Shown piece after piece: positions 20,627-32,466 of a stretch of 33,614 bases of DNA. Below the pieces are notes generated by a model. That model was not told the origin of the DNA. It saw only the letters and a list, made by a program, of their open reading frames with translations, and searched no databases. The translations under genes and the position numbers were made by a program. How positions within the stretch are numbered: the stretch's first letter is position 1; each line of letters begins with the position of its first letter. Origin of the DNA: Perkinsus chesapeaki ATCC PRA-425. Lineage: Eukaryota; Protista; Perkinsozoa. The stretch covers positions 1-33,614 of the forward strand of contig JAAPAO010000391.1 in assembly GCA_013115145.1 (NCBI GenBank), written 5' to 3'.

Positions 20627-23085
20627 ATGCGATGGAGCGGGGCGGCTGTTAAGCATTTGAGAGGGGTGAAGCAGCAACATGTGTTAGAAATGCAGGATAG
20701 GCTTTGGGGGCCTATGAAGGGAATGCCTGGTAATGATGGAAAAGGCTCATACCGCTCTTCTCTCAACGCCTTTATTTTGAAGGCCCCCCCTGTTGCATCT
20801 ACACTGATCCACATATGCTTAGCATAAACGGTGTTTTGCGCATAACTCGAGTACTGAGGCAAATCAAGTTCTGGATTTAGAGTATTATACTATGCTTATC
20901 GTGAAGTGTCTATACCGCTCCCTCCGCAACGCAGCTATCTTTCGGGAACCCCTAGGAGCGCCGTATCGAATGTCAGCGTATGCGTAAATCTTTTCAGGGG
21001 AGCGGTGGTTCCTGAAGCCGCTCGAGGGCCCAAAGTATGCTGAATGGTATTTCCCTAGTAAATACAACGTACCTGAATTCAAGGTCGGAGATTACTTTGA
21101 GATGCAAGCGGAGCGATATAAGAAAAGAGCTCATCCGGCTATGGCGAAGTTTGATAAGGTACTAAGGTCAGCTGGGAGGGTAGGGTTAGATATCTAGTCA
21201 AGTGGTTGATTATTGATGTTGACTTGCTGAACTCAGTTGTATAGATTCCGGGCTTTCCGATGCTTCTAGTGTAAAGGGGATCCTCAGTATTGGATGTCAA
21301 TTTGGCATGTGAATTTAGAGGAGAGTGAGTTTGAGATTACAGGGTGTTTACACGCTTATAGCGGCGGGATCATGGGGAGGGACGAAGACTACTGATAGGT
21401 GGAGTGTTGCTGGCGGACTGTATAGCCCGTTCCTGCTACGCTACGGCTCTTTAGAGCTCATTCTGATGGTAGGTGATGAATCGTATGTACAAGCGGAAGG
21501 ATGAGATAAAGGCATTCTTGGCCCAGCTTGACGAGGAGTCCTTCCGTAGCGAGCCAGCTTTCCAGGATCTCTATGCAATGTACCTCACACCAGGCCTCCA
21601 TTAGGGGTAGAGACCTGTTACAGGTATCGATTGATGGACTCGGAAAGCCCGCTGTCTTTTGAAGTGCCCGAGAGGATCTACCGGGAAACCCCGCCGATGT
21701 TCGGCCCCGGTTATTCTTCGACAGTTGCTGACCAGTCCGAGGCTGCTGAGGAGGGAGGGGATTTGGACAGGGGTAGCGGTGTAGCGAAATGAGAGTTCTT
21801 AAGGCATCGGGTCAGACGCCGGACGAATGTTCGAGAAGGCCGCCGATGAGCTGGTGTTTTTGATGTCGTTGTTGAAAGATAATCTCGGCGATGTCGACTA
21901 CGCGAAGATTGATCGAAGGATTTCGGTGAGGGAGAAGCCGCGGAGATCATGTTGATGAGATTCTTAGATGCACGCTGGCAGCCAGGCGGAGGCTCGGGCG
22001 ATGGCGATGGACGCTCTGAGGGAGCACGAGATACCTATACCATGGTCTGGGGCCGCCGACGTCCGCATTGAATTTGGGGACACGGAGGTCGCCAGTGACA
22101 CAGGGCTTAATATTGTGGTGCGCGCGGGCGGAGGGGAACGTTGTGCTGCATGCCGTTTGGTGTAGGACGAGGGCTCGTCGGTGCGATCGCTGCTGGAAGA
22201 GGACAACCTGGAGGCTACAGCTGGCATGGAGGCATTGGGAGGGCTCACGGAGGAGGATATCTACCGGGAGAGTGGATATGATATGACAGCAGCTGCAACT
22301 CCGGAGCAGGAAGGTGATGGGAAGGGAGGAGAAATACTTGTTGGTCCAATCAGTTCGCAAAGTATATTGCCGAGGTCAACACCAATTCTGGGATTGTGCG
22401 AAATTCCGCATGCTGTTTGGTCTTTACGAAACCCTGGAAGGCAATGTTCTCTGCAGCGAACGAGTTCAACCTGCCACCAAGTGGGGAGTTCGACGCCGAG
22501 CTCATCGCCGTCGATGACAGCGGTCCGTTGGAGACTCCTGTTACCCCAGTCCGAACGCTAAAGCATGTCCAGCTCAATATGAGCTTTGGCAACTATGCTT
22601 TCTCGGAGAAGCAACAGACCGCCATGAAGAAGTTCCAAGTAGGTCGCGAATGAGCCGTGGGTTTTGACAAGGGAATTACTACGTTTTTAGAGCCAGCGGC
22701 GTCGGAGGGCTAGAATGAGGTTTAAGGAGATCATGTCCCCTTCAAACTCGGTACTCGAGGCGGAGGTTACCCTTTCTGACGGTTTACCATTTTATATAGG
22801 ACCTGGAGCCGGCCATACCGAAGCGTCAGCGCTTGTTCATGCAGCATCGTCACCGTTTTGTGGATCCACTCTTCCGGTAAGAGGAATGTCCTTGGTCTAG
22901 TAGGATGAGTCACGAGATTGCTCAGTCGCCGTCGATTGAAGTACATGGAGAGACTTACAACGGGAAAGACGAAGCCGAAGGAGAAGAAGTACCACGGTTA
23001 CTATATAGTGCATCCGGACAACAAGAAGCGATGGCCATCAAACCTGGGATCTGTTACCATCCCCTGGCCCAGTCCTTATCATTAG
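20627..23085 (+). CDS. Probable mitochondrial small-subunit ribosomal protein mS33-like, with a large central insertion
   Basis: ATG20627 MRWSGAAVKHLRGVKQQHVLEMQDRLWGPMKGMP, then a phase-1 GTAATG..TTTCAG intron (about 20729-20997), then GERWFLKPLEGPKYAEWYFPSKY. A multi-exon acidic middle follows. The C-terminus is FVDPLFRRRRLKYMERLTTGKTKPKEKKY...PSPYH*. The gene itself is well supported; the mS33 call is motif recall only. Confidence 0.55.
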
Positions 23086-23379
23086 AAGTGCGTTTGTTGC
23101 ATGCCAGAGTGCTTTGTTTCTGCATTAGAGGTCGTCTCTGGTGTTATCAATGGTTATCGGATGAAGTTGTTAACTATTGCTTGATGGGCTTATTTGGAGC
23201 TAAGGTGGAATCTTGGAATATCAGTCTTTGTGTGACACTCTGCAGCCGACAAGACGGTGTTCTTGTTACACTTCTTGGGACTGCTTTAGGCAATTTCAGG
23301 CGCTTTCATGCTCGGCAATTCGTGCTCAAATAAGAGCTTGTAGAAGCTTACGGGAATCTGAGATAGAAATTTCGAGAAA

Positions 23380-23461
23380 TGTCAGCTGTGGGGTTCGAAC
23401 CCACGCGTATCTCTCCACCAGAACTTGAGTCTGGCGCCTTAGACCACTCGGCCAAACTGAC
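23380..23461 (-). tRNA. trnL-CAA: tRNA-Leu (anticodon CAA), intronless
   Basis: GTCAGTTTGGCCGAGTGGTCTAAGGCGCCAGACTCAAGTTCTGGTGGAGAGATACGCGTGGGTTCGAACCCCACAGCTGACA. It has a 7-bp acceptor stem, CCAGA-CT[CAA]GT-TCTGG anticodon arm, long variable arm and GGTTCGAACCC T-arm. Confidence 0.97.
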
Positions 23462-23664
23462 TGGTGGTCACCGAGACTTCCGCATCGGCCGGTCCTGTTA
23501 TTTTTCATATGGCATAGCCACTATGCGGTGTATGACGACCATTGGTGGTGCATCCATCAGACAAGACTCCTTGATAAATTCACAGTGACCACTTCTTCGA
23601 TTATTGTGGCAAACTACTGCAACTCTTACACGTATTCAGTTCATTTCGACTCCCCCTCCTTTCA

Positions 23665-24111
23665 ATGCTCGACATCGCTACCATTCTCGGTGCTATTGGC
23701 GTCTCTGATGCTCTGACCGACTGCAGGCAGAGTCCAGAGTAGGCCTCTAATGCACTTTATAGCTCATGAGGAATGCCCTTTGCAGATACAAGGCTCGTGG
23801 CAACATCTTCAATTCGGACTCTGAAGAAGAACCAGCTGCCCCGGAAGAGGTATCGAAATTCCTTGGATGCTGAGGGACATGCTTCAGGTCGCTGAGGACT
23901 CTTGGATGCCCTCAGCTGTGACAGACTCGAACGCATTCAGGAAGGCTCAGGATCTCTACGCTGAGATAGGCGCCAGAGTGAGCCTTTGGCGGGGCCCATT
24001 CACTTCTTTGATGCATTACAGGTCTCTGAAGCTTTCGATGCCATACCCGTTCCGGTTCTGGACCTGACTATGCCTGCTGAGAGACCAATGGGGAAGATCT
24101 CCAAGGCATAG
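23665..24111 (+). CDS. Small hypothetical protein (first intron would be GC-AG)
   Basis: MLDIATILGAIGVSDALTDC R|YKARGNIFNSDSEEEPAAPEE|VAEDSWMPS...AEIGAR|VSEAFDAIP...GKISKA*. The two downstream introns are canonical and phase 0. Confidence 0.4.
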
Positions 24112-24291
24112 AGGCATTTGGCGTCACAAAGCTATTATGAATGAAAGTTCACGTTGGCAAAAGCGCGCTTTTGTCCAATCATGTGTTGTTAAAAATCAGC
24201 ACCTGTTGAGTTGTGGCGAAACTAAGAGCTACGATAGAGGCGAAGAGCTGCACATGGATACCCAGTAGCTCTGTTTAATTTCATCTGTAGC

Positions 24292-25865
24292 ATGCCCAGC
24301 GGAGTTGACTCCTCAATGAGCACTGGGGAGCCTTCAATACCGCCGATAGAGATGCAAGTCCCGTCGAGTTCCTCCTCCCCTCCGGCTGCTGAGCAGCCAG
24401 CAGCTGCAAGTGGGCCAAGACTCTACCCACGACATCGTGTGCCGAGAGCCTTCCGGGACATTGATTGCCCCTTTCCTGAGGCCAGTAGCATTGACGGTGA
24501 GATCGGCCCCAGTGGTGTAGTGCATGCCGAGCCTCTCAGGACCTTATGGATGTATATCGTACCAACTGCTGGGTACGCAGCACAATACGAACGAGCTCGC
24601 AGTCTGCCTGCATGGTCTTAATGGCTCGAAGATGCTCTACTCCGATTTGGCCCAGGCGCTCTCTAGAAGCCGAATGGTGGGCTGACCGAGTGCTGGCTTT
24701 GGTTGATGGCTTGCACTGTTTCGTTGTCAGATTCTTACTTACGATATGTACGGTCACGGCCTGTCCAACGCTCCGCCTGTGGCGCACTGCCGGCACTTCA
24801 ATCGACATTGCTGCCATGATCGAGCTCCGTACGACTTGGACTTTTTTGTAGACCAGCTTCATTTCCTGTTGGACCAGCTACACCTACTTGACCGTGATTT
24901 AACCATAAGCCTCATTGGCTTCAGTTTTGGCGGGGCCGTCGCCATCAGCTTTGCCGACAAGTAGGATACATTCCTCCATGCTCTCCCAATCTCGTGGTTA
25001 GATACCCAGATCTTTGCCAGAGACTGGTCCTTCTCAGCCCCGCTGGATTCATCCCCCTCAAGCCCATCAGCTATCATTTCCTCCACTGTTGCCCTTGCTG
25101 CATCATCCCCCTAGCACAGCACTGCGCGTGCTCATGTATTTTTGCACGAGACAAGTTTGTTATGTCTCGCGAGCAGTGTGCGGAGGGAGAGGAGCCTCCA
25201 ACTGAGGTACCTGTAGTTTGCCGTCCCCTAATGTAACTGTAGTGCTCGCTGACAGGCCGAACTGGAGTGGCAAGATATGTTTTGGCGCCGAGTGGTATGG
25301 CAAACGTTGGTCAAACGTGACGGCATTTCGAGCAGCCTCGCTATCGTGGTAAGACAGCCAATGCAGCTCGTTATGAGACTAGCGTGCAATCTCTCAGGAT
25401 CGAGTACCTTTCTTCGACATGAGTGCGGAATACGGTCGTGTGGGGAAGCATCCGAGACCTGTTCTGCTCATCTGGGGCGTCAATGACACTGTAAATCCCT
25501 TAGCAGTCGCAACCACGGTAGAAGCGGTTGCCCGTTGTGGTGTCACTGCTTGCTTGCAGGTCAGAAAATTTTTTAGTAATGTGTATTTGCTCCGGATTCA
25601 AAACGCTGCTCATCTCACCCTTTGCGAGCAGCCAGTTGTTACCTGCTCATCTATCATCAGTTTTCTCAATGTAGTGATGCTTCATCTTTCCACGACCACT
25701 GAGAACCGCCGGCAGGTTCCTACCGACTTCCGTTTTAGAAGCGGCCAGCATGTGTCGACACCTGTGCGACAAGAAAGGATGATGGATGACGCTGGAGGCT
25801 CTACAACACGCTCCACTCGCTCGGGACTTCGAACCAAAGCTCGAGACGTGTTTATTCCGGTATGA
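24292..25865 (+). CDS. Alpha/beta-fold serine hydrolase (Abhydrolase_1/6 type)
   Basis: AVCLHGLNGS (oxyanion HG), YDMYGHGLS, nucleophile IGFSFGG, LVLLSPAG, LLIWGVND (acid), IQNAAHL (His). Confidence 0.9.
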
Positions 25866-26232
25866 GTTTCTCCACGCTGTAGCGTCACATTGTTTCCTGT
25901 CAGCGCCACGAGATACCGACAATGCATCGAGATCGGACACTTGAGTGCGATATAGAAACCAGCATAAATTACGCTGAAGCTCCGATGGTTAAAGTGGGGA
26001 TCTCTGAGAGCTCATCATCGATCGTCGAGCATGAGCAGGGCAAGTAGATGCAGCAACAAGCTCAAAGCTTCTGATATTCAATTGCTCTCGCTAAGACTGT
26101 CCTTATTAAGCCCTTGCCACATTGCACTGTACACTATAATATGACTGACTTGCTCATTTGTTGTGTTCGATTAGTTGTTATCGTTTTCGTTACTTCTCAT
26201 ATAAAACAAGGAACCGATTCCGGCTTGAACTT

Positions 26233-26272
26233 TACCTCCAAGTATATCACTACCTCCAAGTACCTCCAAGTA
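26233..26272 (+). repeat. TACCTCCAAG x3 (one spaced copy, two tandem)
   Basis: tacctccaagta-tatcac-tacctccaag-tacctccaag-ta, in the gap between the convergent hydrolase and GT8 genes. Confidence 0.8.
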
Positions 26273-26740
26273 ATAAATCACTATCTTTGTGGGAGAGTGG
26301 GAAGAGGGCGAAGGTATTGACCGACAGCCGGATGGCGGCATGTCTTGTTTGGCAAGACAGCCTCTCCCGATAAAGAAAAAAATGAAAGTCAGATTTCCTC
26401 GGACTCTCCAAGCTGAGATGAGCCTGAGTGTGTAAACCCGTAGACTCTTCAGTTATTGCAAAGGCGCACCTTCACAACTTTCCATTGCGGAAGGATTCCC
26501 ATCAGGAACCTCGCTCGCCCAGGGGCGTATTCGCGCAAAATACGCAATGCACAACTAAGCAGGCACAGACTCTCCCTGCACTACGCTTATTTACTCTACA
26601 CACAACAAGTTGTGCTCCGCACTAATAGTTACAGACCGTAGCTTACTGTTCTTTGTTCGCGCCGCACTTTCACTTGAACACAACGCCTATATACCCAAAC
26701 GTAACGAGTAATCGGCTTAGCCCGCCCTGGGGAACTGCCG

Positions 26741-28406
26741 TCAACTCTTAGAGCACGATTTTCTTCGCCGGTTCCGTCGCTTCGCCGAGTAACTTCCCCC
26801 ATCATCTTTGTTGTTCACAGAATGTGCGCTAGACTCGGCAGCTCGTCTCTTGAACCAATCCTCGACCTCGGCGTTTCTCGTCGCAGGTTTTCTGACACCT
26901 CTAGCTTCCTTTGGCCGCGTGTCTCGCAACTTTGGTGCTAGTCGAGGTTTCCTCTTTTCGCAAACTTCTATAGCGTCTTGCAACGCTCGCAGTTTCGATT
27001 GAGATTTGTCATCGGACTTCCGGAGATCGCAAAGGCAATCTCGAGCATAGTTCAGCCAAATATCAAAATCAGGCCACTGGTCTTTGCACGCTGCGTCCCA
27101 GGGCTTATCGGTAACGAAGTGAATTGAAATCGGTTCAATGCCTAATAGGGATGACAATGCCCCTTAGCAAGCGCGATCAGCCCACCGCTCTCCTCGGCTT
27201 GCCAGTGGCGACAGCAAAACGATTCGTCCAAATGCCGCCACTCATTTCTGAATTGGAGGCTGATCAGCCACTCGTCCGGGCCAGCATTGCATTTGGGGTC
27301 GCCGCACCTGAACGACTAACTCCGCAGTGGAGTACACTTGCTCGCTGTGCATGCGGTATATTTTTAATTACAGATGTCGTCGGGCTTACTTGAAGACTTT
27401 CCGTAAAAGTCCCCCATACTGTGTGCTCGACGCTCAGTATAGCGCTTTGAGAACACCGGCAACACAATGCGTTATGCGAGGCCAGGAAGGAGAGCGCACA
27501 ACAGTGGATGTAGCTTCAGTAGCAGATGCCTGTCCAATTTAGAGGATCAGCCAAGTGAGCTAACCGAAGGACGCTAATATGGCATTCCTAGAACACCGAT
27601 GAAACCACTGGAGTAGGCAGCACCGGGAAGGAGGATGCGAGCAACTATAGTTCGCATTAGACATAGTGATCAGAGATGCTCCGCAGAAAAAGGCTCTAGC
27701 GCGCTATACAGATGAATAATTCTCGCACCCACCGACGAAAGCTATAGCGATATTTGCGACACAAAAATTGTCCCATTTCTTACTTTCCAACGTAACCCTC
27801 CTTATCCGAACTCTCAAGGGCTACTTGGTCTATACACTGTTGGAAGTGCTCTGCGCCAGTTGGGAGGACCATAAGGCAGCCACGCATACCGTAGGAGGTT
27901 ACCAATGCACTTTTCAGAGATGCTGATGGGACTTTGTCTCCGGTCTTCAGAGCTCGGAAGTGCGTAGGTCGACCTCCAAGTTTATTGGCTTCATCACTAC
28001 AGATTCCGGACGGTGCCGGTGCTGACAGGACTTCTGTGAATCTGTCGTTGACTACCAGCACATCGGCGTCAACAAGGACTACCTTATGGTAGCCTAGTTC
28101 ATGTAAATTGAAAACGTGCAATTTGGTAAGGCATGAATCGATCCAGTCGTCATAGTGAGCACCATACCGCTTCCACCGTTTACCAAGAGGCTCAGCTCGA
28201 ATTCGGTCGACCGGAACAACTCTATCAAATGCAAGGTGTAGAGCCTCCAGTCCGGGCATCGCTCGGTCTACTATACACACAGTGTGGAAGGGCACGGTGC
28301 CCGTACCACAGTGCTTCCGCACTGAGTAGGCCATCACCAACGCACCGGCTATGTAGGACGGGCTGCCCATCACTAGTGTCGCCATACAAACTTCGGGGAC
28401 AGACAT
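26741..28406 (-). CDS. Glycosyltransferase family 8 (glycogenin-like; P13-like subgroup)
   Basis: Exons 28406-27784, 27307-27186 and 27141-26741. Motifs: ATLVMGSPSYIAGALVMAYS, LTKLHVFNL...YHKVVLVDAD (DxD), CNAGPDEWLIS, IHFVTDKPW. Confidence 0.88.
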
Positions 28407-28507
28407 AAATACGAGCTGCTTCGAGCGGCACAATCGGACAACTCAGAAACGCAACAGTGAGATAATCTCAACGATGATGAATTTGAGACTTGTATAAGCA
28501 TGAGCTT

Positions 28508-30044
28508 TCATTCACCCTCTGATTCTCCATCTTCATTTCCCAAATCAGCTGCAGCTGCTTGTGGCGGTTGCTCGACTGTACCACGTCCATCACCAGAAGT
28601 CTCTTTGAAAGCCCAGCGATAGGCCCAGTTACGGTACTTAGCCTGGAGACAGTACACAAGAGAGCATTCGAGACATTCAGATACCAGCTGGACAACCAAC
28701 GGAATGGAAAGATGATGACCCCTCACCATCGTGCTTTCACTATCAGTTCCAGTAGGCTCGATGATTGCGTCCACCAATGCCTTCCTGGCGGCCATTGTAG
28801 TGTCCTTTTTGGATCGGTAAGGTGTTTGAAAGGTGTAAGCGAGTACAGTTGGTAACTGAATGGTGAATCTAGATTCACAAAGTAGCATTGCTAGTAGTAA
28901 TGCTCGCTCTATGATGGTGGTGGTATACCTGACTGAGAGGGCTCGGATCCCAAGGTGGTCTAACACATACGCGAGGCTTGAACAGCCCAGGAGTCGCCTA
29001 AGATTTCCAAATGAATCTAGCTTCACAGATACAAGATTCGCACTTCATCACCAACTTTGATGTGAGTTCTTTTATCTTTAGGTATAACTGGTAAAGGCAG
29101 CAGTTGGGAAACCTAGTACACTCATTAGTGTGGATTCTACGACGACACGTAGGCGCTCACTCTTCCTTGTCGGCCGTGGGCTGGCTTGCTTCTTGTCCGC
29201 TTTGTTTTCTCTGTGGAATCTACGATAAATAGAGCACACAAGTCTACGGTCGACTGCCGGCAGTGTTCGTGGTCATGAAGAGGGTAGACCCCCACGGAGT
29301 AAGCGTGATCTACCCCCTACCTTTAACGGACCTCTCTGGCGATCGCTTAGCTCTTGGGCTTTCACGACGCCGCCGGCCTGCATTGATTACCGGAATACCA
29401 GAGGAGCACTTAGCGTCAATTTTAAACCTCGCTTCTTTATTCCTCTCTTCTGGTGTCTCGCCTTCGCTTTCCCACTGCCTTCTGTTGTCAGACTGCGTGA
29501 TGCCTCTCCTTGCTCCTAGATGCCACGCTGTCCCCCACAATAGCGTTCTTCACGCTCATGTTCTCTTACCATGGAACTGCTGAACGGGTCGTCCATAGAG
29601 GACGAGTCAAAGTGACCAGAAATATCGCCACTCGAACTGGAAAACCCATACGGGCATGAGCCAGATGGATCACTTATCTCCGTGGTCGTATCTTGATGAT
29701 AATATGCAGATTCTACCTAGGGCTTATACGGCCTATAAGCCACTAACTACTAGTGACTAATACAAAACCTAACCTATGCTACATAGGCTTCCAGTTGGTC
29801 ACAATATAGCCTTGGAGTTGAGACCAGTCTTACTTCCCAGCCCAGCGTCGGAGCTGCCCCAAGAATCGTCGTTCTTACTGCCGGGTGCCGAAGGAGTCGG
29901 CAGCTGAAAATATGCCACGTGTGATGCATGACAACTCCGGCTTTGGGTCAAAATCGGAGATTCGCCCAGGAAGTGAACGATGCTTACTCTTGGCAATCCT
30001 CCTCTAGCCTTCAGCTCACGCAATCGAGGTACTAAAAGTGACAT
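28508..30044 (-). CDS. Hypothetical multi-exon protein (may be the 3' part of the 30213-32152 gene)
   Basis: Minus-strand exons: MSLLVPRLRELKARGGLPR|LPTPSAPG..., PVIPKDKRTHIKVGDE|IHLEILGDSW..., ...LVSECLECSLVYCLQAKYRNWAYRWAFKE...ESEGE*. Confidence 0.4.
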
Positions 30045-30212
30045 TATACCGCTAAGCTCTTCACTGTAATGCTGGATTCTAAGCAGGATTGTTGGTTAAA
30101 GCTCTAACGAATGAAGCAATGGCGTACGTTCGACGCAAGGTATCCTCGTCCAGCGTCCACACCAGGACATCATCTGCATGGGCATCCGAATGCTCCAGTC
30201 CATCACTGGCTA

Positions 30213-32152
30213 TCAAATTGGCCAAAAAGCCGGCAGCTCTCGTGCGTACAGGAAGCCTTCCAGTGAGAACTTCCCGGTGATCGCCTTCTCGCGCACGTCG
30301 TTGCCTTCCTCCTCCTCTTCATCGATATAAATGTGGAGCGACATCTCCACGGGACTGAACTCCCAACATACGAGGTAAATTCCTGTGAGAGGGGCATTGT
30401 ACGAGATAACGTGTGGATCTGGTTTACCAAGGTGATCGGTGTTCTCATCGTTCATAGCGAGCTCTACTTCAGCGAAGTAGTCGGATAAACTGTGCACCAG
30501 GAAAAGTAGCGTTGGGTGGTGTACAGCTCCGTGCCATTGTAAAACCTACTGCGCAGTAGCATTATGAACTGGAGAGATTACTAAGTTTACCAGAGTGCCA
30601 CCGGTCTCGATGTGCCTCAGGAATGTTCGCAACTGAACTGCGAGGGCTCGCAGCATTCGTCGGAACCTCGATCCCCGAGTGAGGCCGAGGTAGAAATCCC
30701 CGGCTTGTGCGTAACCGGGCAGGGCTGTCGGATCGGTCGTCTCTTCCTTCAATGGGATGGAGAGACAAGGAACTGCTCAAGAGCAGTTCCAGTCGATTGC
30801 AGGGTAACCTTACCCGTATCGTAATCGCGGGGATCGAACTCGCCATCAGAAGGCGGGCCGGAGGAGGCTACCAGCATCGTCACAAGATGGAATTTCCCCT
30901 CAATGGCATCGAGACTTCCAACAGTTCTCGCGGACACAGTGGTGGAGCGAGCGCTGGTGGGTACGCTATCGTCTAATGGGAGAAAGGTGACATGCAGAGG
31001 CGCTCAAATGACAGCAGATCCGATACGACACCTGCGCTGCCGAGAACGGCGTGTTCCTCCACGTCCCAACCTTGATCGGACAAGCTGTCTCGTAGGGCCG
31101 CATCTGTCAGAGCTGGGTCGCCTACGACATACTTGATCTCAGAGTGTGTAAGTGTGGAGGGTAAGAAAGGTACGCCTACCCCATAGCAGGAGAGCTTTGG
31201 CGTGCTCCACTGGACATGCTGCCCATTCCTGTTTAGAGTAAAAAGTATATCCGTATCTAGGCATTGCTCAGTGTTGTGTAAAAGGACTTCACAGCACTTC
31301 ACAGTGCGGTAACTTTCTCAGCAAGATATTTGAGCGAGCCTCGACGAGATTCGGCAGGAGCTACGTGTGGAGCAGGCACTAGCCCCGAGAAGCAACACTT
31401 GTGGAGAGGTGCGTTCATGAGTCTCACTTTAGATAGGATTTCTATAATAGAAAAGATCTGAGATTTAAGTGGAGCTAAAGCCGTCGGTCTAGGTGAGCGC
31501 ATCACCACGGATGCGCTTCATTTCCAAATCCTACTGGGTACGATTCATCAACTGCGAGTTGAATACTTCCGACCAATCTTTCACCAAACCGGATGCTTCT
31601 CTGTAGGCATGTAGATACCTGATGAATGACAATAGCTTAGAACCAGTGTTTGATGAGCGTCACTTACTCTTTGGCGCTGCCGATGCCCATCATGGCAGAC
31701 TCTACACCTCCTACCAGACCATCTGCGCCTAGCAAGTGATCAGCTAAAGACACGCCATCCCTCGGGCTGGTCTCGCCTTCAGCATGCTCCATCTGAAATG
31801 CTTGGCGGCATACCGTCGAGTCGGCCAGTGATTACCAAGATGCCATGGGAATAAAGCTTCTCAAAGTGCGTTCCTATTTCCTTCATTATAGCCCGGAGAG
31901 GCCGCGGTCTTTCACCTTTGTTGATCCCTGACAGAGCGAGAAGTAGCACAAGTTGTGTTGATACATTTTGGGGGTTGCCCCACTCGGCAACGACGTGGGG
32001 AAGACTAGAATTCTTAATTCTATTTGGGAAATGGTAATTCCAAGAATTTAGAGTCTGCCAAATCTAATTGAGGAATGAGGCAAAGAACTTCTGCTGAACT
32101 TACCTCCAACATGAGGAGGTGCCATGGACGGTCGTGCTGCACTACTTCTCAT
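30213..32152 (-). CDS. Large hypothetical multi-exon protein
   Basis: Phase-compatible exons: MRSSAARPSMAPPHVG|GINKGERPRPLRAIMKEIGTHFEKLYSHGIL|MEHAEG...SAKE|YLHAYREASG...|IKYVVGDPALTDAALRDSL...|DDSVP...DPRDYDT|...RHIETGGTL|VLQWHGAVHHP...GIYLVCWEFSP. No domain recognised. Confidence 0.55.
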
Positions 32153-32466
32153 TACAGGATGACGTGAAAATGTTCATGGGCAGTAAAATAGCCTCTCTAA
32201 GATACTGTGGTGAAATACTCACAACTCGATACCAGCAAGAGGGTACGGAAACTAAGTGAATGCCATAAGAGAATTCTTTAGGAATAGAACTTATTCATAG
32301 AATCATAGCGACTCGTAGTTAACGAGTTTTACGGACGTTATGGACCCTGCTAATCGTGACTTCGATCTTGAGCTGGAAAAGGTCAAATGAATCTAGCCAT
32401 CTCACGATTACTGATGACTTGTACTTCGTTGCGAACATTCTATTCCGCCCCTACTACGCGAGGATG

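Noticed and set aside
20539-20980. Minus ORF 20539-20862 and plus ORF MLIVKCLYRSLRNAAIFREP
   Set aside because: They overlap exon 1 and intron 1 of the mS33-like gene; only the ATG20627 exon gives a phase-compatible splice.
22905-23333. 142-aa plus-strand ORF
   Set aside because: The coherent protein is in another frame (RRRLKYMERL...PYH*, stop at 23085). The remainder is probably 3' UTR.
26633-26640. ACCGTAGC (SL 5' octamer)
   Set aside because: About one match is expected by chance, and the following bases do not match the SL.
28508-29026. MRG-domain or cyclin-fold resemblance (LPTVLAYT; ECLE...KYR)
   Set aside because: Motif order is reversed for MRG and similarity is too weak for cyclin.
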